55,896 nt of DNA, from the NCBI GenBank assembly GCA_035605155.1, contig DATNHC010000009.1, forward strand, positions 1 through 55,896, written 5' to 3'. Origin of the DNA: Solirubrobacterales bacterium (GTDB lineage Bacteria; Actinomycetota; Thermoleophilia; Solirubrobacterales; 70-9). The position numbers were made by a program, and so were the translations under genes. Positions 43,776 through 55,896 of this stretch are shown here, in pieces; within the stretch, counting starts at the first letter, position 1, and each line of letters starts with the position of its first letter. Under the pieces are notes generated by a model. It was not told the origin of the DNA and did no database searches. It saw only the letters and a program-made list of their open reading frames with translations.

Positions 43776-43912
43776 GCGCCGGCGACCGATGCACGGGCGT
43801 TTGGCGCCCCTCGACCGAGAATAGTGCGGAAGATGCGGCCCGAGGGGGGAGAGTCGCGCCGCTGCCGCTCTTAGACTGAAGTCCAGACAACGATTTGGAG
43901 GAGTTGAGAGCC

Positions 43913-44371
43913 GTGGCGGCTTCGAACATCAACATAGTGGTGATCACCGGGAACTTGACCAGGGACCCCGAGCTGCGCCATACCGGCGGTGGCACGGCGG
44001 TTTGCGACCTGCGCGTCGCGGTCAACAGCCGGCGCAAGGACGGCCAGACCGGGGAATGGGTGGACAAGCCCAACTACTTCGACGTAACGGTCTGGGGTGC
44101 GCAGGGCGAGAACTGCGCCAACTACCTCTCCAAGGGCCGCCCCGTAGCGGTTGAAGGGCGCCTCGACTGGAGCGAGTGGGAGGCCAAAGACGGCAGCGGC
44201 AAGCGCCAGGCGGTGCGGATCGTCGCCAACTCGGTCCAGTTCCTCGGCTCCCGCGACGGGGGAGGCAACGGCAACGGTGGCTTCACCCCGAGCAGCGACG
44301 TACCGGCCGACTCCTCGGACTTCGCCGGCGCTGCGGCAGGTGGCGGCGGGGACGACGACATTCCCTTCTAG
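43913..44371 (+). CDS. ssb: Single-stranded DNA-binding protein
   Basis: GTG 43913 lies 9 nt after GGAGGAG. OB-fold [32 protein letters not shown]...YFDVTVWG. Gly-rich linker and acidic tip DDDIPF. Confidence 0.9.
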   Translation: MAASNINIVVITGNLTRDPELRHTGGGTAVCDLRVAVNSRRKDGQTGEWVDKPNYFDVTVWGAQGENCANYLSKGRPVAVEGRLDWSEWEAKDGSGKRQAVRIVANSVQFLGSRDGGGNGNGGFTPSSDVPADSSDFAGAAAGGGGDDDIPF

Positions 44372-44429
44372 GCCTTCCCCCTGGCCGTTCGGGCATGGGA
44401 ACCGATCATCTGTAGGATTCCCAGCCCGT

Positions 44430-44696
44430 ATGGCCAGAACCAAAGACGCAGGAGCATCTTCACCACGCCGCGGACGGCGTGCGCCGGACCGCGCTCGGCC
44501 GCGTAAATACACGCGGATCAACTCGGCTGCGGTCGACTACAAGGATCTCAGCCTGCTGCGCCGCTTCCTCTCCGACAAGGGAAAGACGCGCGGTCGCCGG
44601 GTAACCGGCCTCTCGCGCAAGCATCAGCGCCAGCTTTCGGTGGCGGTCAAGCGGGCCCGCGAGATCGCCCTGCTGCCTTACGTCGGAGAGCGCTAG
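44430..44696 (+). CDS. rpsR: 30S ribosomal protein S18
   Basis: Internal ATG 44430. [50 protein letters not shown] is the canonical S18 sequence. Confidence 0.9.
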   Translation: MARTKDAGASSPRRGRRAPDRARPRKYTRINSAAVDYKDLSLLRRFLSDKGKTRGRRVTGLSRKHQRQLSVAVKRAREIALLPYVGER

Positions 44697-44858
44697 TGGC
44701 GCTCCCCATGGTGGTCGCCAGGAAATGACGAGGTCCAGGCGTCGCCAGACAAGGACGCAGGGAGGCCGAATAGCAGCGCTATTCGGCCGACTGAGGACGC
44801 CGTATGGCGGCGATCTGGGGCCGTCATTTGCGGCGAGGCATCATGGGGAGCGCCACTG

Positions 44859-45311
44859 ATGACGCAGGCGATCCTGCTCGAGGACGTCGAGCAGCTCGGC
44901 CGGCGCGGCGAGCCAGTCGACGTCTCCCCCGGTTACCTGCGCAACTACCTGATTCCGCGCAAGCTGGCTGCGCCGGCGACGCCGGGCGCTTTGGAGGAGG
45001 CACAGCGGCGACGCGCCACAGCCGAGAAAGCCGAGAAAGTGCGCGCCGAGCGCGAAGAGCAGGCGGCATCGCTGCTCTCCAAAACGGTGCTGACGATCCA
45101 CGAGCGAGCCGGCGAGGACGGCAAGCTCTTCGGCTCGGTCGGCGCCAAGGAGATCGTCGAGGCGATTCGCGACGCCCGCGACCTGCGCGTCGATCGGCGC
45201 AAGGTCCGCCTCGAGCAGCCGATCCGCGAGATCGGCACCCACATGGTCGAGATCGAGCTTGCCGACGGCGCTGTCGCCACGGTGAAGACGATCGTCACCG
45301 AGGAACGCTGA
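44859..45311 (+). CDS. rplI: 50S ribosomal protein L9
   Basis: MTQAILLEDVEQLGRRGEPVDVSPGYLRNYLIPRKLA is the canonical L9 N-domain. 150 aa. Confidence 0.9.
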   Translation: MTQAILLEDVEQLGRRGEPVDVSPGYLRNYLIPRKLAAPATPGALEEAQRRRATAEKAEKVRAEREEQAASLLSKTVLTIHERAGEDGKLFGSVGAKEIVEAIRDARDLRVDRRKVRLEQPIREIGTHMVEIELADGAVATVKTIVTEER

Positions 45312-45333
45312 CCCGCCGCTAGGCTGCGGGGCC

Positions 45334-46062
45334 GTGAGCGCGCTCCGTCTTCCCACCCGCGTCTCCCGCGTCTCCCGCCGCGCCCGGGCGAGGACCCGCT
45401 TCGGCTGGGCGCGCTCGGAGCGGGCGACGCTGGGGCTTGCGGCAATTGCCCTCGGTGGCGCCGGCGCCGTTATCGGTGGGCAGTACGGGCGCATGGTGCA
45501 GCGCCGCGCCCACGAGGACGATGGCGAAGGCCTGGTCGAAGTCGCTCCAGTTGCGGCCCGCGACACCGTCGGGGTGGCGGTCAGCGGCTACAGCGCCGCA
45601 CCGCGCAGCGAAACCGTGCTCTTCAACCTGCTCGCCGGCTTTCTCGGCTCCTTTGCCTTCGTGCGGCTCTCAACCCTGGGGATCCGCGACGGGTGGGGGC
45701 CGTTTCGCAACGTCAGCCTCGGCGGGCGCCACATCCACCACTTCGTGCCCGGCATCCTGATCGCCTTCGCCTCGGGAACCACGGCGCTGCTCACCGACGA
45801 CGAGGCCCTGGAAGAGCGCTTGGCGGTGACCACGGGGGTCGGCATGGGCCTGACCTTCGACGAGGCCGCGCTGCTGCTCGACCTGCGCGACGTCTACTGG
45901 ACCCGCGAGGGCCTGCTCAGCGTGCAGCTCAGCCTCGGCGCAACCGCGATCCTCAGCATCGCGATCCTCACCCAGCGCATCCTGCGGCGCGGCGAGCGGC
46001 GGCGGGAGGCCGAGGGGTTGATCCCGCCGGCGCCGATCGAGCGCCTCGACCCACGCGATTGA
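45334..46062 (+). CDS. Hypothetical membrane protein
   Basis: Basic N-terminus, then 4-5 TM segments (LGLAAIALGGAGAVIGG; LLAGFLGSFAFV; HHFVPGILIAFASGTTALL; VGMGLTF; LSLGATAILSIAIL). Follows rplI in the same direction. Confidence 0.6.
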   Translation: MSALRLPTRVSRVSRRARARTRFGWARSERATLGLAAIALGGAGAVIGGQYGRMVQRRAHEDDGEGLVEVAPVAARDTVGVAVSGYSAAPRSETVLFNLLAGFLGSFAFVRLSTLGIRDGWGPFRNVSLGGRHIHHFVPGILIAFASGTTALLTDDEALEERLAVTTGVGMGLTFDEAALLLDLRDVYWTREGLLSVQLSLGATAILSIAILTQRILRRGERRREAEGLIPPAPIERLDPRD

Positions 46063-46070
46063 AGGGCATA

Positions 46071-46109
46071 AGAAAGGGCGGCCGATGGCCGCCCTTTCTT
46101 CCCCTTTTT
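46071..46109. terminator. Strong bidirectional rho-independent terminator
   Basis: AGAAAGGGCGGCC-GATG-GGCCGCCCTTTCT (13-bp stem) followed by TCCCCTTTTTC. Lies between convergent genes 45334..46062(+) and 46133..46897(-). Confidence 0.75.
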
Positions 46110-46132
46110 CGTCCTGATCTGAAAGCTGCCGC

Positions 46133-46897
46133 TCAGCCCTTCGGGGTGCAGGAGCGGACGAAGCTGCCCGTCAGCCGAGTGCCATCGGTGAATACCGAGG
46201 TGGCTTTCGCGTTGAGGTGACCGTCTGGGCACTTGGCGAACAGATAAGGCGTGTTTTTGTAGCCGCGGTCGAGGGTCAGTTCGAAGCTCTTGACCGAGCC
46301 GTAGCCGCCGGCGATCTTCGGGATCGTGGCAATTGATTTGGTGCCGAAGCGGCCGTTCTTGACTTTCGAGATCTTCACCGTCGTCACCACTGCCGCCGAA
46401 ACCGGCGAGGAGAGGTAAGCGTGGATCAAGATCGTCGTCTTGCCCCCGCTGAAGCCGCCGTTGAAAGCGAGCAGCTTACTCTTGGCGATGAAAGGCGCCT
46501 GTTCGGGGAATTCGACCTCGACATCGGTCTTCCCATCGCCGATGATCGCCTTCGGGCAGATCTTTTCGGCGTTTTTGGTGTCCTGTGCCTGCAGTTTGCC
46601 GGAGGTGCACTTGGGCAGGCCTTTGACGTTAATCGAGCCGTTCTTGTCGGTTTCGACGACGACTTCCTTCAGGGCCGGCGGGTGTTTGCCGCTGATCGAG
46701 TCGATTTTGCCGCTGATGTTGAGCGTGATCGGCGTCGGTTTGGTTTTCGAGAGCTTCTTCGGCGTAAAGCCGCCGTTCAGCGTCAGCTTGAGGTCCCCCA
46801 CCTGGACGATGGTCGGTTTCTCCGCTGTCGCGATCCCCGCCACAGCAATGGCGGCCACCGCAGCCAGGGCCAGTGTCGTAATCAAACGCTTGCGCAT
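46133..46897 (-). CDS. Secreted single-module protein, third paralog of the 8020..9590 pair (Lys-rich, lower-GC copy)
   Basis: Signal peptide (LITTLALAAVAAIAVAGIATA). Collinear with the operon copies: GDLKLTLNGGFTP, KCTSGKLQ..EKICPKAIIGDGK, EQAPFIAKSKLLAFNGG, IPKIAGGYGS, AKCPDGHL, FTDGTRLTGSFVRSCTPKG. Confidence 0.8.
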   Translation of the reverse strand: MRKRLITTLALAAVAAIAVAGIATAEKPTIVQVGDLKLTLNGGFTPKKLSKTKPTPITLNISGKIDSISGKHPPALKEVVVETDKNGSINVKGLPKCTSGKLQAQDTKNAEKICPKAIIGDGKTDVEVEFPEQAPFIAKSKLLAFNGGFSGGKTTILIHAYLSSPVSAAVVTTVKISKVKNGRFGTKSIATIPKIAGGYGSVKSFELTLDRGYKNTPYLFAKCPDGHLNAKATSVFTDGTRLTGSFVRSCTPKG

Positions 46898-47046
46898 GTG
46901 CTCTATCTCTCTCCTTTACGGCCTGGCCCTTTTTAGCCCCGGCCATTCGAAAGCCTCGGTCAATCCCTCCAACGGCCAAAGCTACCACCCTTGCCATCTA
47001 GATAAACCCCCGCATTCACGTAAAAGAGCGGCTTAACGTAGTTCGT

Positions 47047-47736
47047 CTAGCTCTCCAACATGGCCAATCTGGTGCGCTCGCGCTCCTCGGCGGCGCCCTC
47101 GGGGCCGAGGAAGGGCAGGGTGATCCAGAACATCAGGTCAGGCAAACGGCTGGGCAGGCGCACGGCAGCGCCATGCAGGATCTCGCTGTAGAGCAGCTCG
47201 TTGATGCCGCCGGCCAGCGAGAGCGAGGTGATTCCGGGCAGCTCCACCGAGGTCTCGGCGCGGCCCGCATCGAGGAAGCCGGTGAACTGGCGCAGCGCCG
47301 CGTCGCGCCGAGCCAGCGCTTTCGGACCGGCGGCGAGCACCTCGACGATCGCGAAGCGCGCCTCGTCGGGATGCTCGGCGAGGTGCTCGAGCAGCGCGCC
47401 GAGGCCGGCGGCGACGCGCTCGGCCCAGGGCGAGCCGGGCTTCGACTCAAAGCCGCGAGCCGTGTCGCCCAGCAGGTTGCCGAGCAGGACGTCGTAGGCG
47501 GCGAGGAAGCAGTCCTCCTTGCTGGAGAAGAGTTCGTAGAAGGTCTTCCGCGAGACGCCGGCAACCCCGATCACGTCGACCACGCGAGTCTCCGGATAGC
47601 CGCGCTCGGAGACGACCTCGATCATCGCCTGCAGGATGCGGCTGCGTTGGGACTCGGTCACGGCCTCCCGCGGCAACCCGTGCCTGCCTCTCGGCAGCCG
47701 CTCGCTCAACCTAGCGGTGCGTCTACCGGAAGCCAT
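47047..47736 (-). CDS. TetR-family transcriptional regulator
   Basis: Start at the internal ATG 47736. HTH region SQRSRILQAMIEVVSERGYPETRVVDVIGVAGVSRKTFYELFSSKEDCF. Divergent from the lipoprotein gene 47813..48538. Confidence 0.85.
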   Translation of the reverse strand: MASGRRTARLSERLPRGRHGLPREAVTESQRSRILQAMIEVVSERGYPETRVVDVIGVAGVSRKTFYELFSSKEDCFLAAYDVLLGNLLGDTARGFESKPGSPWAERVAAGLGALLEHLAEHPDEARFAIVEVLAAGPKALARRDAALRQFTGFLDAGRAETSVELPGITSLSLAGGINELLYSEILHGAAVRLPSRLPDLMFWITLPFLGPEGAAEERERTRLAMLES

Positions 47737-47812
47737 CAACGAACTGTAGAACAGAAGCGCCCATGTCGCGACCCATGTACCCCAGCGTCTCCAGCTCGGG
47801 GAAACCAGCTTC

Positions 47813-48538
47813 TTGCAGGCGATCACTACAATTGCGACGGTGACCAGGGGGGGCATCAGTTGGTTTGCTGCGCTCGCGGCGGCGGTTCTCGCAATCGCCT
47901 CGCTCTCGGCATGCGGCGATTCGGAGTCGGATTCGAAGAGCACCTCGGCCTCGACCCAGAGCGATGGCCCGGACACAGGCGGTGGCGCCCAGCAGACACA
48001 GAAGAACGGTCAAGGCGACAACAAACAGGGCTCCGACAACTCCTCTCAGAAAACCGCGGATGCGAGCCCAGCGAAGGTCGCGACGCCGCTGCACGTCTCG
48101 GGCGGGGGATCCGAGCAGTTCCGCTCCAAGGGCGGCGACAACAGCATTCAGGAATACGGCGAGGAGAGCGACGAATCGGAACTGCAGGAGGTGGCAGAAG
48201 CCGTGCACGGCTTCTACGTGGCTCGGGCCGAAGAAGACTGGGGCAGGGCCTGCACGTATCTGGCGAAATCGATGGTGAGTCAGCTGGAAGCGATCGCCGC
48301 TCAATCTCCCGAGCTCAGGGACAAGGGCTGCGCGGTGGTGCTGAAGGCCTTCACGCGACCCCTGCCCGCCGTCGTGCGCCGCGAAACGACCGTGGTCGAC
48401 GCGGGCAGCTTCCGTCACGACGACGAGCGCGGCTTCCTCATCTACTACGACAGCGAGGACAAGCCGTTCGCGATACCGCTCGAAGACGAGGACGGCGAGT
48501 GGAAGCTGACGCTCCTCTCCGCCACCCCGCTGGGCTGA
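47813..48538 (+). CDS. Hypothetical lipoprotein with a low-complexity linker and a small C-terminal globular domain
   Basis: Lipobox LAIASLSACGD. S/D/Q/G-rich linker. C-terminal ~120 aa (VHGFYVARAEEDWGRACTYL...GEWKLTLL) suggests an NTF2/SnoaL-like fold (guess). Start may be TTG 47813 or GTG 47840. Confidence 0.65.
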   Translation: MQAITTIATVTRGGISWFAALAAAVLAIASLSACGDSESDSKSTSASTQSDGPDTGGGAQQTQKNGQGDNKQGSDNSSQKTADASPAKVATPLHVSGGGSEQFRSKGGDNSIQEYGEESDESELQEVAEAVHGFYVARAEEDWGRACTYLAKSMVSQLEAIAAQSPELRDKGCAVVLKAFTRPLPAVVRRETTVVDAGSFRHDDERGFLIYYDSEDKPFAIPLEDEDGEWKLTLLSATPLG

Positions 48539-48570
48539 CCGAGGACGCAGGCATGCGCCGCCAGGCGTCC

Positions 48571-50676
<2,106 letters not shown>

Positions 50677-50677
<1 letters not shown>

Positions 50678-53600
50678 CAGAACTCAGGCCCAGCCGCGGC
50701 GGCGTCCTCGAGCGGCGGCCCCTCACCGGCAGGCTGCTCGATCGGCCGCTCCTGGCCGGCGAAGTCGGCGAACTTCGGGAAGCGGTCGAGGAAGACCAGC
50801 TTCGGCGAGCCGATCGGCCCGTTCCTGTGCTTGGCGATGATCAGGTCGGCAAGACCGTCGGGCTCGTCGTCGGGATCGCGGTAGTAGTCCTCGCGGTAGA
50901 GGAAGGCGACGACGTCCGCGTCCTGCTCGATCGAGTTGTGGACGACGATGTTCTCGGCGACGAAGTTATGCAGGCCGGCCACGGTGAGATCGAAGACCTC
51001 CTCTTCGCCGTCGGGTTCGATCGAGACGATCGGATCCCAGTAGGCATCGCCCAAGGCGAGGTCTACCAGCTTCTCGGACCGCACTGCCGCAGCAACTCGC
51101 ATTGCCCGCTCTCTGCTCAACCCGCTCTTGTAGAGAGCCGTGCCGCAGTAGCGAGTATCGATAGCCGCCTGCATCTGTCGGGAAGTCATTCCAGACTTTG
51201 CCATCGCCGGCACGACCAGGTCGCGCCAGGCCTCCTTCGGAATCACATCGCGGTTGGGGTTTCGGGTGCGTTCGGCGAAGTACTCGAGGATCGCGCTTGC
51301 GCTGCGACGCTTGTTGGCGCCGAGCGCGCCCACCGTCTCCAGGAAGCGGACAAGCTCCGTCCCACCGCTGATGCTGACGTGGAACTGAGTCCGTCCCTTG
51401 CCGCTATTCCTCTGCGCACGCACCCGAGCGTTAATCCCCAAGCGCAAGAGCAACGAGTGGACGTCCTGCGCCAAGCGCGGACTGCTGGTCGCGTAATAGA
51501 CGTTCGCCGTTTCCCGTGGTCCACCGAACCAGACGCAACCGTCGGTGGCCCAGAGATGTCGCAGGAAGGTTGCGATCGCCCAATGCGGCTGAGCAAAGAC
51601 CGCGTCCGGGACCCGCTTCTCGTGAGACCGCAATCCAAAAACGCCGAGCCCCTCCAGCCACGCCGCGACCGGATTGCGCTTCCTATGAGTCAGGTGTTCG
51701 CTTGCGGCGAGGTAGACCTGCAACCACCGTCGCTCGCGCTTTACCCGGGGTCGAAGCGCTTGGCCGAATACTCGCCTTGAGAGGTCGGCAACCATCTCGG
51801 CGAGCTTGCGCTCGTTGCTCGTGTACTGAATCGCGTGGCGGGGCAACGTGCAGCCATCGCCGATCAGATGGCCGAGCAGCGCCAGCTCCTCCTCCGACAT
51901 GGTCGCGATCTCGGGCCCCGGCAGGAATCGGGGAGCCGCGATTGGCTCACCTACGCTTAGCTCGTCGAGCCGGCGCCAACCGCCGATCGTCAGAAACTTG
52001 TGGTTGGCGGTTGCGCGGACCGTTCGGCCCAGTCTCGTCGCCAGCTTGAAAACCTGCTTGTGGCCGGTCGAGAAAGAGCGGGTGACCAGTGCCGGGCGCT
52101 GTTTCCAGCTCTCCGGGTCCATCGCCAAGACTTCGAAGCCGCTCTTGCCGACGAGATCTCTGATCGGCCGGTGGACCCCCTCGCGAGGCAGATAGACGCG
52201 GGTATCCCCGGTGAGACAGCCCGACTCCCTCAGGTCCGAGAGCATCGGCTTCGGTGGATGGCGTTGCTCAGGGGCACGGGACAGTTGGGAGATGGCCAGC
52301 ACCGGCACCTCCAGCTCACGGGCGAGGATCTTCAGGCCTCGACTCATTTGCCCCACCTGCTCGACTCGATTCGCGCGGTGGTCATCGGCACGCATCAGCT
52401 GCAGGTAGTCGACGATCACCAAGCCAAGACCGCCCCTGTCCTGTTCCTGAGCATGCAGGCGGCGTGCCTTTGCCCGGAGATCGAGGAGGCCGAGGTCTGA
52501 GGAATCGTCGAACCACAGCGGCGCCTCCTCCAGCTCGTTGCAAGCGCGCACGACCTTGGGCCAGTCCTTTTGCGAGACCTGCCCCTTGCGCAGCTTGTCA
52601 CCAGAGATCCGCGCCCGGCAGGCGATGAAGCGCTGTGCGAGCTCGACCTCGGACATCTCGAGCGAGAAGAAGGCCACGGGAAGCTGCCGCTTGACCGCCA
52701 CGTTTTCGGCGATGTTGGCGACGATCGCACTGTTGTGGACGACGATGTCGTCGGCGACGAAGTTGCGCAGCCCGGGCACGTCGATGTCGTAGGTCTCTTC
52801 TTCGCCGACGTACTCGACCGACTCCAGCTCGTCCCACCAGATGTCGGAATCGCAGAGCTCCTCGAGCGCCGGGGAAGCGATCGCCTCAGTCAGCTCCGCG
52901 ACGAGCCCACGGGACGGTGAGCGCTTGCCGACGTGCCAGTTGTGATTGCGAGGGCGGCCAATCAGCTCGCTGACATCAGCCCAGGAGCGATTGCCCTTGG
53001 CAAACAGGATCTCCTCCCAGACGTTGGCGGGGAGCGTGTCGGTGTTCGTCGACCGGGGAGCAGACCCAAGACGCTCCAAGACCTCGTCCTGCTTCCCCTC
53101 CTTGCCGGGGACGCGGATCAGCTCGCAGAAGCGGCGCAGGCTCTCCTGAGAGGTGATGCGGATCTCCCGAGCGACTTTCCCCGTCCCCTCGTAGACCGGC
53201 CGCTTGAGCGTCCTGATCGCCGCCACGATGCCCAACCTCAACAGCAGGTGCTGGACATCGTGGGCAAGTCGCTCGCTGATTGTCGTGTAGCCGATCTGCG
53301 CCAGGTGATCGCTGCAGTACACGTGCCCGTCGCAGGCGTACATAACGCCGAGGAAGCGAGCTAGCTGCTCATCGCTCAATCCGAAGATCGCATCCGGCAC
53401 GAACTTCTCGGCCGAGCGCAGACCCATGAGACCGTGGCGGCGCAGCATCGTGGTCACGGGGTTGGATCTAGAACCGGGCCCTGCACTGATCAATCCATCG
53501 CCATGCCCACTTTTGTGCATCCGTAGGCCGTACCGATCAACCGCCTCTTCAACGAGGGGAAGGATCTTCGAATCGGCACCGAAGCAGAACCGCGGCGTTC

Positions 53601-54645
53601 CTTGACTGATCGCACCATCCGCAATCAGGGCCCCCAGCAGAACGATTTCCTCATCGGGCAACTCGACAAGTTGTGAGGGCTTGGGCAATGTCCGAGGCAC
53701 AGCGATTCGAGCACCACGCTTGACATCTCTCAACTCTTGCCAACCCGAGCTCGTAAGGACCGGGTGGTTCGCGGTCGCCTCCGTCCATCGGCCAAGACGA
53801 GTCGTTACTCGGTAGACCCGCTTGCGTCCGTTGCACTCGACGGCAGCGACCTTCGCGGGTTTCATTTTCAGATCAGGACTGAGAGACGCAACCCAAACCT
53901 CCTCCCCACGCTCAAAGGACTCGTACAGAGATCCAACAGTTCGCCGGGCGCCAGTACGAGGATCATAAATCAAAGAATTTCGAGCACTACACTTTCCCAT
54001 AGCGGGTCTCGCAGCCACGATGATCAAATTCCCCGGCTGGAACCCTCCCGTGATCGAGTCGATGTCGCGGAAGCCGGAGGGGGTGCCAGTCAGCTCGAGC
54101 TCGCCGGTGGAGAGCTTCTCGAGCCGATCGACCTCGTCGTGGAGGATCTCCGAGAGCAGCTTGAAGTCGCTCGCCTGCTCTTTGTGGGCGACGTCGAAGA
54201 GCAGCTTCTCGGCGCGCTCGGAGAGCTCGCGCGGTTCGCCGTCGCGCTCGTGGACCCAGCCCTGGATCTGCTGGCCGGCGCCGAGCAGGCGGCGCAGCAG
54301 CGAGTTCTGCTGGACGATCTCGGCGTAGTGCTTGGCGTTGCCGGCCGCCGGGACCTTGGCCGCCAGCTCGGAGACGTAGTGGCGCCCGCCGGCCTGCTCG
54401 ATTTGATTGCGCTGGACCAGCGCCTCGCTGACACTCAGCTCGTCAACCGGCTTGGAGGCCGCGTAGAGATCGTGGACGGCGGTGAAGATCGTCGCGTGCT
54501 TCTCAAGGTAGAAGTCGGCGGCGTTGAGCTTCACCTCGTCGATCACCCGCGTCAGGCTCACCTCGGCGACCAGCATCGCCCCGAGGACCGATTCCTCCGC
54601 CTCGATGTTCTGCGGCGGAACGTGGGCTGTGGGAGCGGATGCCAT
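50677..54645 (-). CDS. dnaB: Replicative DNA helicase DnaB interrupted by two inteins (precursor 1322 aa; predicted mature ~474 aa)
   Basis: N-terminus PPQNIEAEESVLGAML. Walker A ARPAMGK|...|S split by intein 1. SLEMS, LVIVDYLQLM. ISQLSRAPE...SDLRESG|...|SIEQDADVV split by intein 2. KHRNGP. Confidence 0.95.
50935..52218 (-). mobile_element. DnaB intein 2 (428 aa, RESG|SIEQDAD site) with LAGLIDADG homing-endonuclease domain
   Basis: Starts Cys (ESG|CLTGDTRVYL), ends VVHN|S. Block B ATANHKFLT. Motifs LLGHLIGDGCT and FLRHLWATDGCV. Clearly paralogous to intein 1 (WD..S.E..GEEE..D..V.GL.NFVA..IVVHNS). Confidence 0.85.
52732..53991 (-). mobile_element. DnaB intein 1 (420 aa, P-loop insertion) with LAGLIDADG homing-endonuclease domain
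   Basis: Starts Cys (GK|CSARNSLIYD), ends VVHN|S. Block B ATANHPVLT. Dodecapeptide motifs LLGALIADGAI and FLGVMYACDGHV. GC is visibly lower than the exteins, especially at 53850..54000. Confidence 0.85.
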
Positions 54646-54779
54646 CGACTTAGTTAAGGGCGCGAACCGGCGTCAACCGGTCCGGAGCCCAAGCAAACCA
54701 GACGAAGGAATGACGACTTAGAGCCGTCCGTGCAAATTGAGAGGAAAGAATCGGCGGCGGGCCCGGCCGGCGACCCCGC

Positions 54780-55896
54780 CTATTCCTGCGCGAAGAAGTG
54801 CTGGTAGATCGTCTGTGGGCCGCCGTGGCCGACGGAGTCGAAGGGAGCCTGCTGGTAACAGCTCGGCGCTGGGATGGCGGCCGAGTCGGTCTGTTCGGCG
54901 TAAGCGTATTTCTTCAGGCGTTCGAGGAATTCTTTGGAGCGTTTTTCGTTTTCTTCGGGCGTGCGTTTTGCTTCGGCAACGCGTGCTTTGAATGCTTCGT
55001 CTTTGTAGCTTTCGAGATCGAGCGTCGCGGTTACGCCGGAGGTGCAGCCGCGCGTATCGAAGCTCGGCAGTCCGGCCGCGAGTCTTTTCATCGCCAACGG
55101 TTGGGTGTAGGCGTTGGTCCGATTTGTCGTCGTGCGGCTCGGGAAGGTCGCCAGCGACTCGGGGCTGAAGGGGCCCATCGCCCGCAGGTAGTGAACCTGC
55201 ACACCGGCGGCATTGGTCGGCAGCTTGGCGTTGGCCATCGCCGCCACGTTGGCAAACGTCGCAGCCAGCTCGCGTTTGTAGAGGTTCAAGCCGGTAAGAA
55301 ATGGGTTGAGGTTGCGCAGGAAGGGATCGGTGGCCCTCAGCAGCGGCGGGAACTCGTCGCGAAAGAGCTTGCGTAGCGCCGGGAAGCCAGTCGGGGCGCG
55401 CTCTATAACCGGTTCGAGTCCTTCGAAGAAGCCCTTGGCCTGGGGCGCGAAACGCGAGAAGGCAACCAGGGTGGGCGAGAGCTGTTCGGCGACGGGGACG
55501 AGCTGTTCCATCACCGGGGTGGCGTTGACCGAGAACTCCTCGAGCCGGTCGACGGTCAGCCGCGACTCGTCCTGGAAGGTCGGGAAGGCACGGAAGAGCC
55601 CTTCGATCTGCCGGTCGCGGGCGGCGGTGGTGCTGAAGAGAGCGTTGGAGTTCCGGATCAGGCTCGCCAGCTCACCCTGGCGGCCGCGCAGGGCCTGCAG
55701 TGAGGTGGAGCCGTTGCGGAAGATCTGGCGAACGGCGAGGCGCTGGCTGTCGAGCACCCGGAAGAGCTTGTCGAAAGCAACGAAGCTCGGTTCGAGCTCA
55801 CCGAAGGCATAGGAGAGGCTGGCGCCCTGACCCTCGATCGAGAGCGCCGCTTCCTGCTGCCAGGTCTGGAAGGCGGCCCGGGTGCGTGCGTCGAAG
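54780..55896 (-). CDS. MCE-family (MlaD-like) protein, C-terminal part; the gene continues beyond the right edge
   Basis: The frame stays open upstream of the track start (GTG 55757) to the window end (FDARTRAAFQTWQQEAALSIEGQGASLSYAFGELEPSFVAFDKLFR-VLDSQRL...). The helical 'Mce C-terminal' style (LIRNSNALFSTTAARDRQIEGLFRAFPTF...) is typical of actinobacterial Mce proteins. Confidence 0.7.
   Translation of the reverse strand, partial: FDARTRAAFQTWQQEAALSIEGQGASLSYAFGELEPSFVAFDKLFRVLDSQRLAVRQIFRNGSTSLQALRGRQGELASLIRNSNALFSTTAARDRQIEGLFRAFPTFQDESRLTVDRLEEFSVNATPVMEQLVPVAEQLSPTLVAFSRFAPQAKGFFEGLEPVIERAPTGFPALRKLFRDEFPPLLRATDPFLRNLNPFLTGLNLYKRELAATFANVAAMANAKLPTNAAGVQVHYLRAMGPFSPESLATFPSRTTTNRTNAYTQPLAMKRLAAGLPSFDTRGCTSGVTATLDLESYKDEAFKARVAEAKRTPEENEKRSKEFLERLKKYAYAEQTDSAAIPAPSCYQQAPFDSVGHGGPQTIYQHFFAQE

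Noticed and set aside
54646-54779. Possible promoter (TTGACG ... TAACTA/CTAAGT) immediately upstream of the dnaB ATG, implying a near-leaderless transcript
   Set aside because: No hexamer at proper 16-18-nt spacing fits a TAnnnT -10 element. The call would be guesswork without TSS data.

Overview
High-GC (about 70% by eye) actinobacterial-type chromosomal window. The gene content and the long Arg-rich shadow ORFs suggest a Thermoleophilia / Solirubrobacter-Conexibacter-like genome, but this is inference only. I support about 50 protein genes. Housekeeping blocks are TlpA-NfeD-SPFH-GalT; YceH-PyrE-epimerase; an L,D-transpeptidase and a class A PBP; ThiL; an OmpR-type RR / HK / HtrA cassette; TreT and OtsA; rpsF-ssb-rpsR-rplI; and PurA, a DnaC-like loader and DnaB carrying two inteins. 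The most unusual content is an ~18 kb, nine-cistron, translationally coupled minus-strand operon (7544..25793). It encodes only secreted proteins of unknown function. It holds two tandem copies of a two-gene module: a giant NHL / FN3-like / TolB-like propeller protein followed by a ~900-aa Cys-paired multi-module partner. These are followed by single-module paralogs, an anchored protein and a lipoprotein. The three giant NHL proteins in the window share an exactly spaced C-terminal C-x14-C-V polybasic tail with no hydrophobic anchor. This tail matches no sorting signal I know. Other notable items: (a) a CCA-encoding, class-II, 8/4-type tRNA-like gene with anticodon GAC (allo-tRNA-like), followed by a structured trailer that is 13-nt complementary to its own anticodon arm; (b) a duplicated tRNA-Arg(CCU) 5' half bracketing a lower-GC 0.8 kb cargo; (c) a perfect 23-bp-stem palindrome inside thiL. 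I saw no rRNA, CRISPR array, transposase or integrase.
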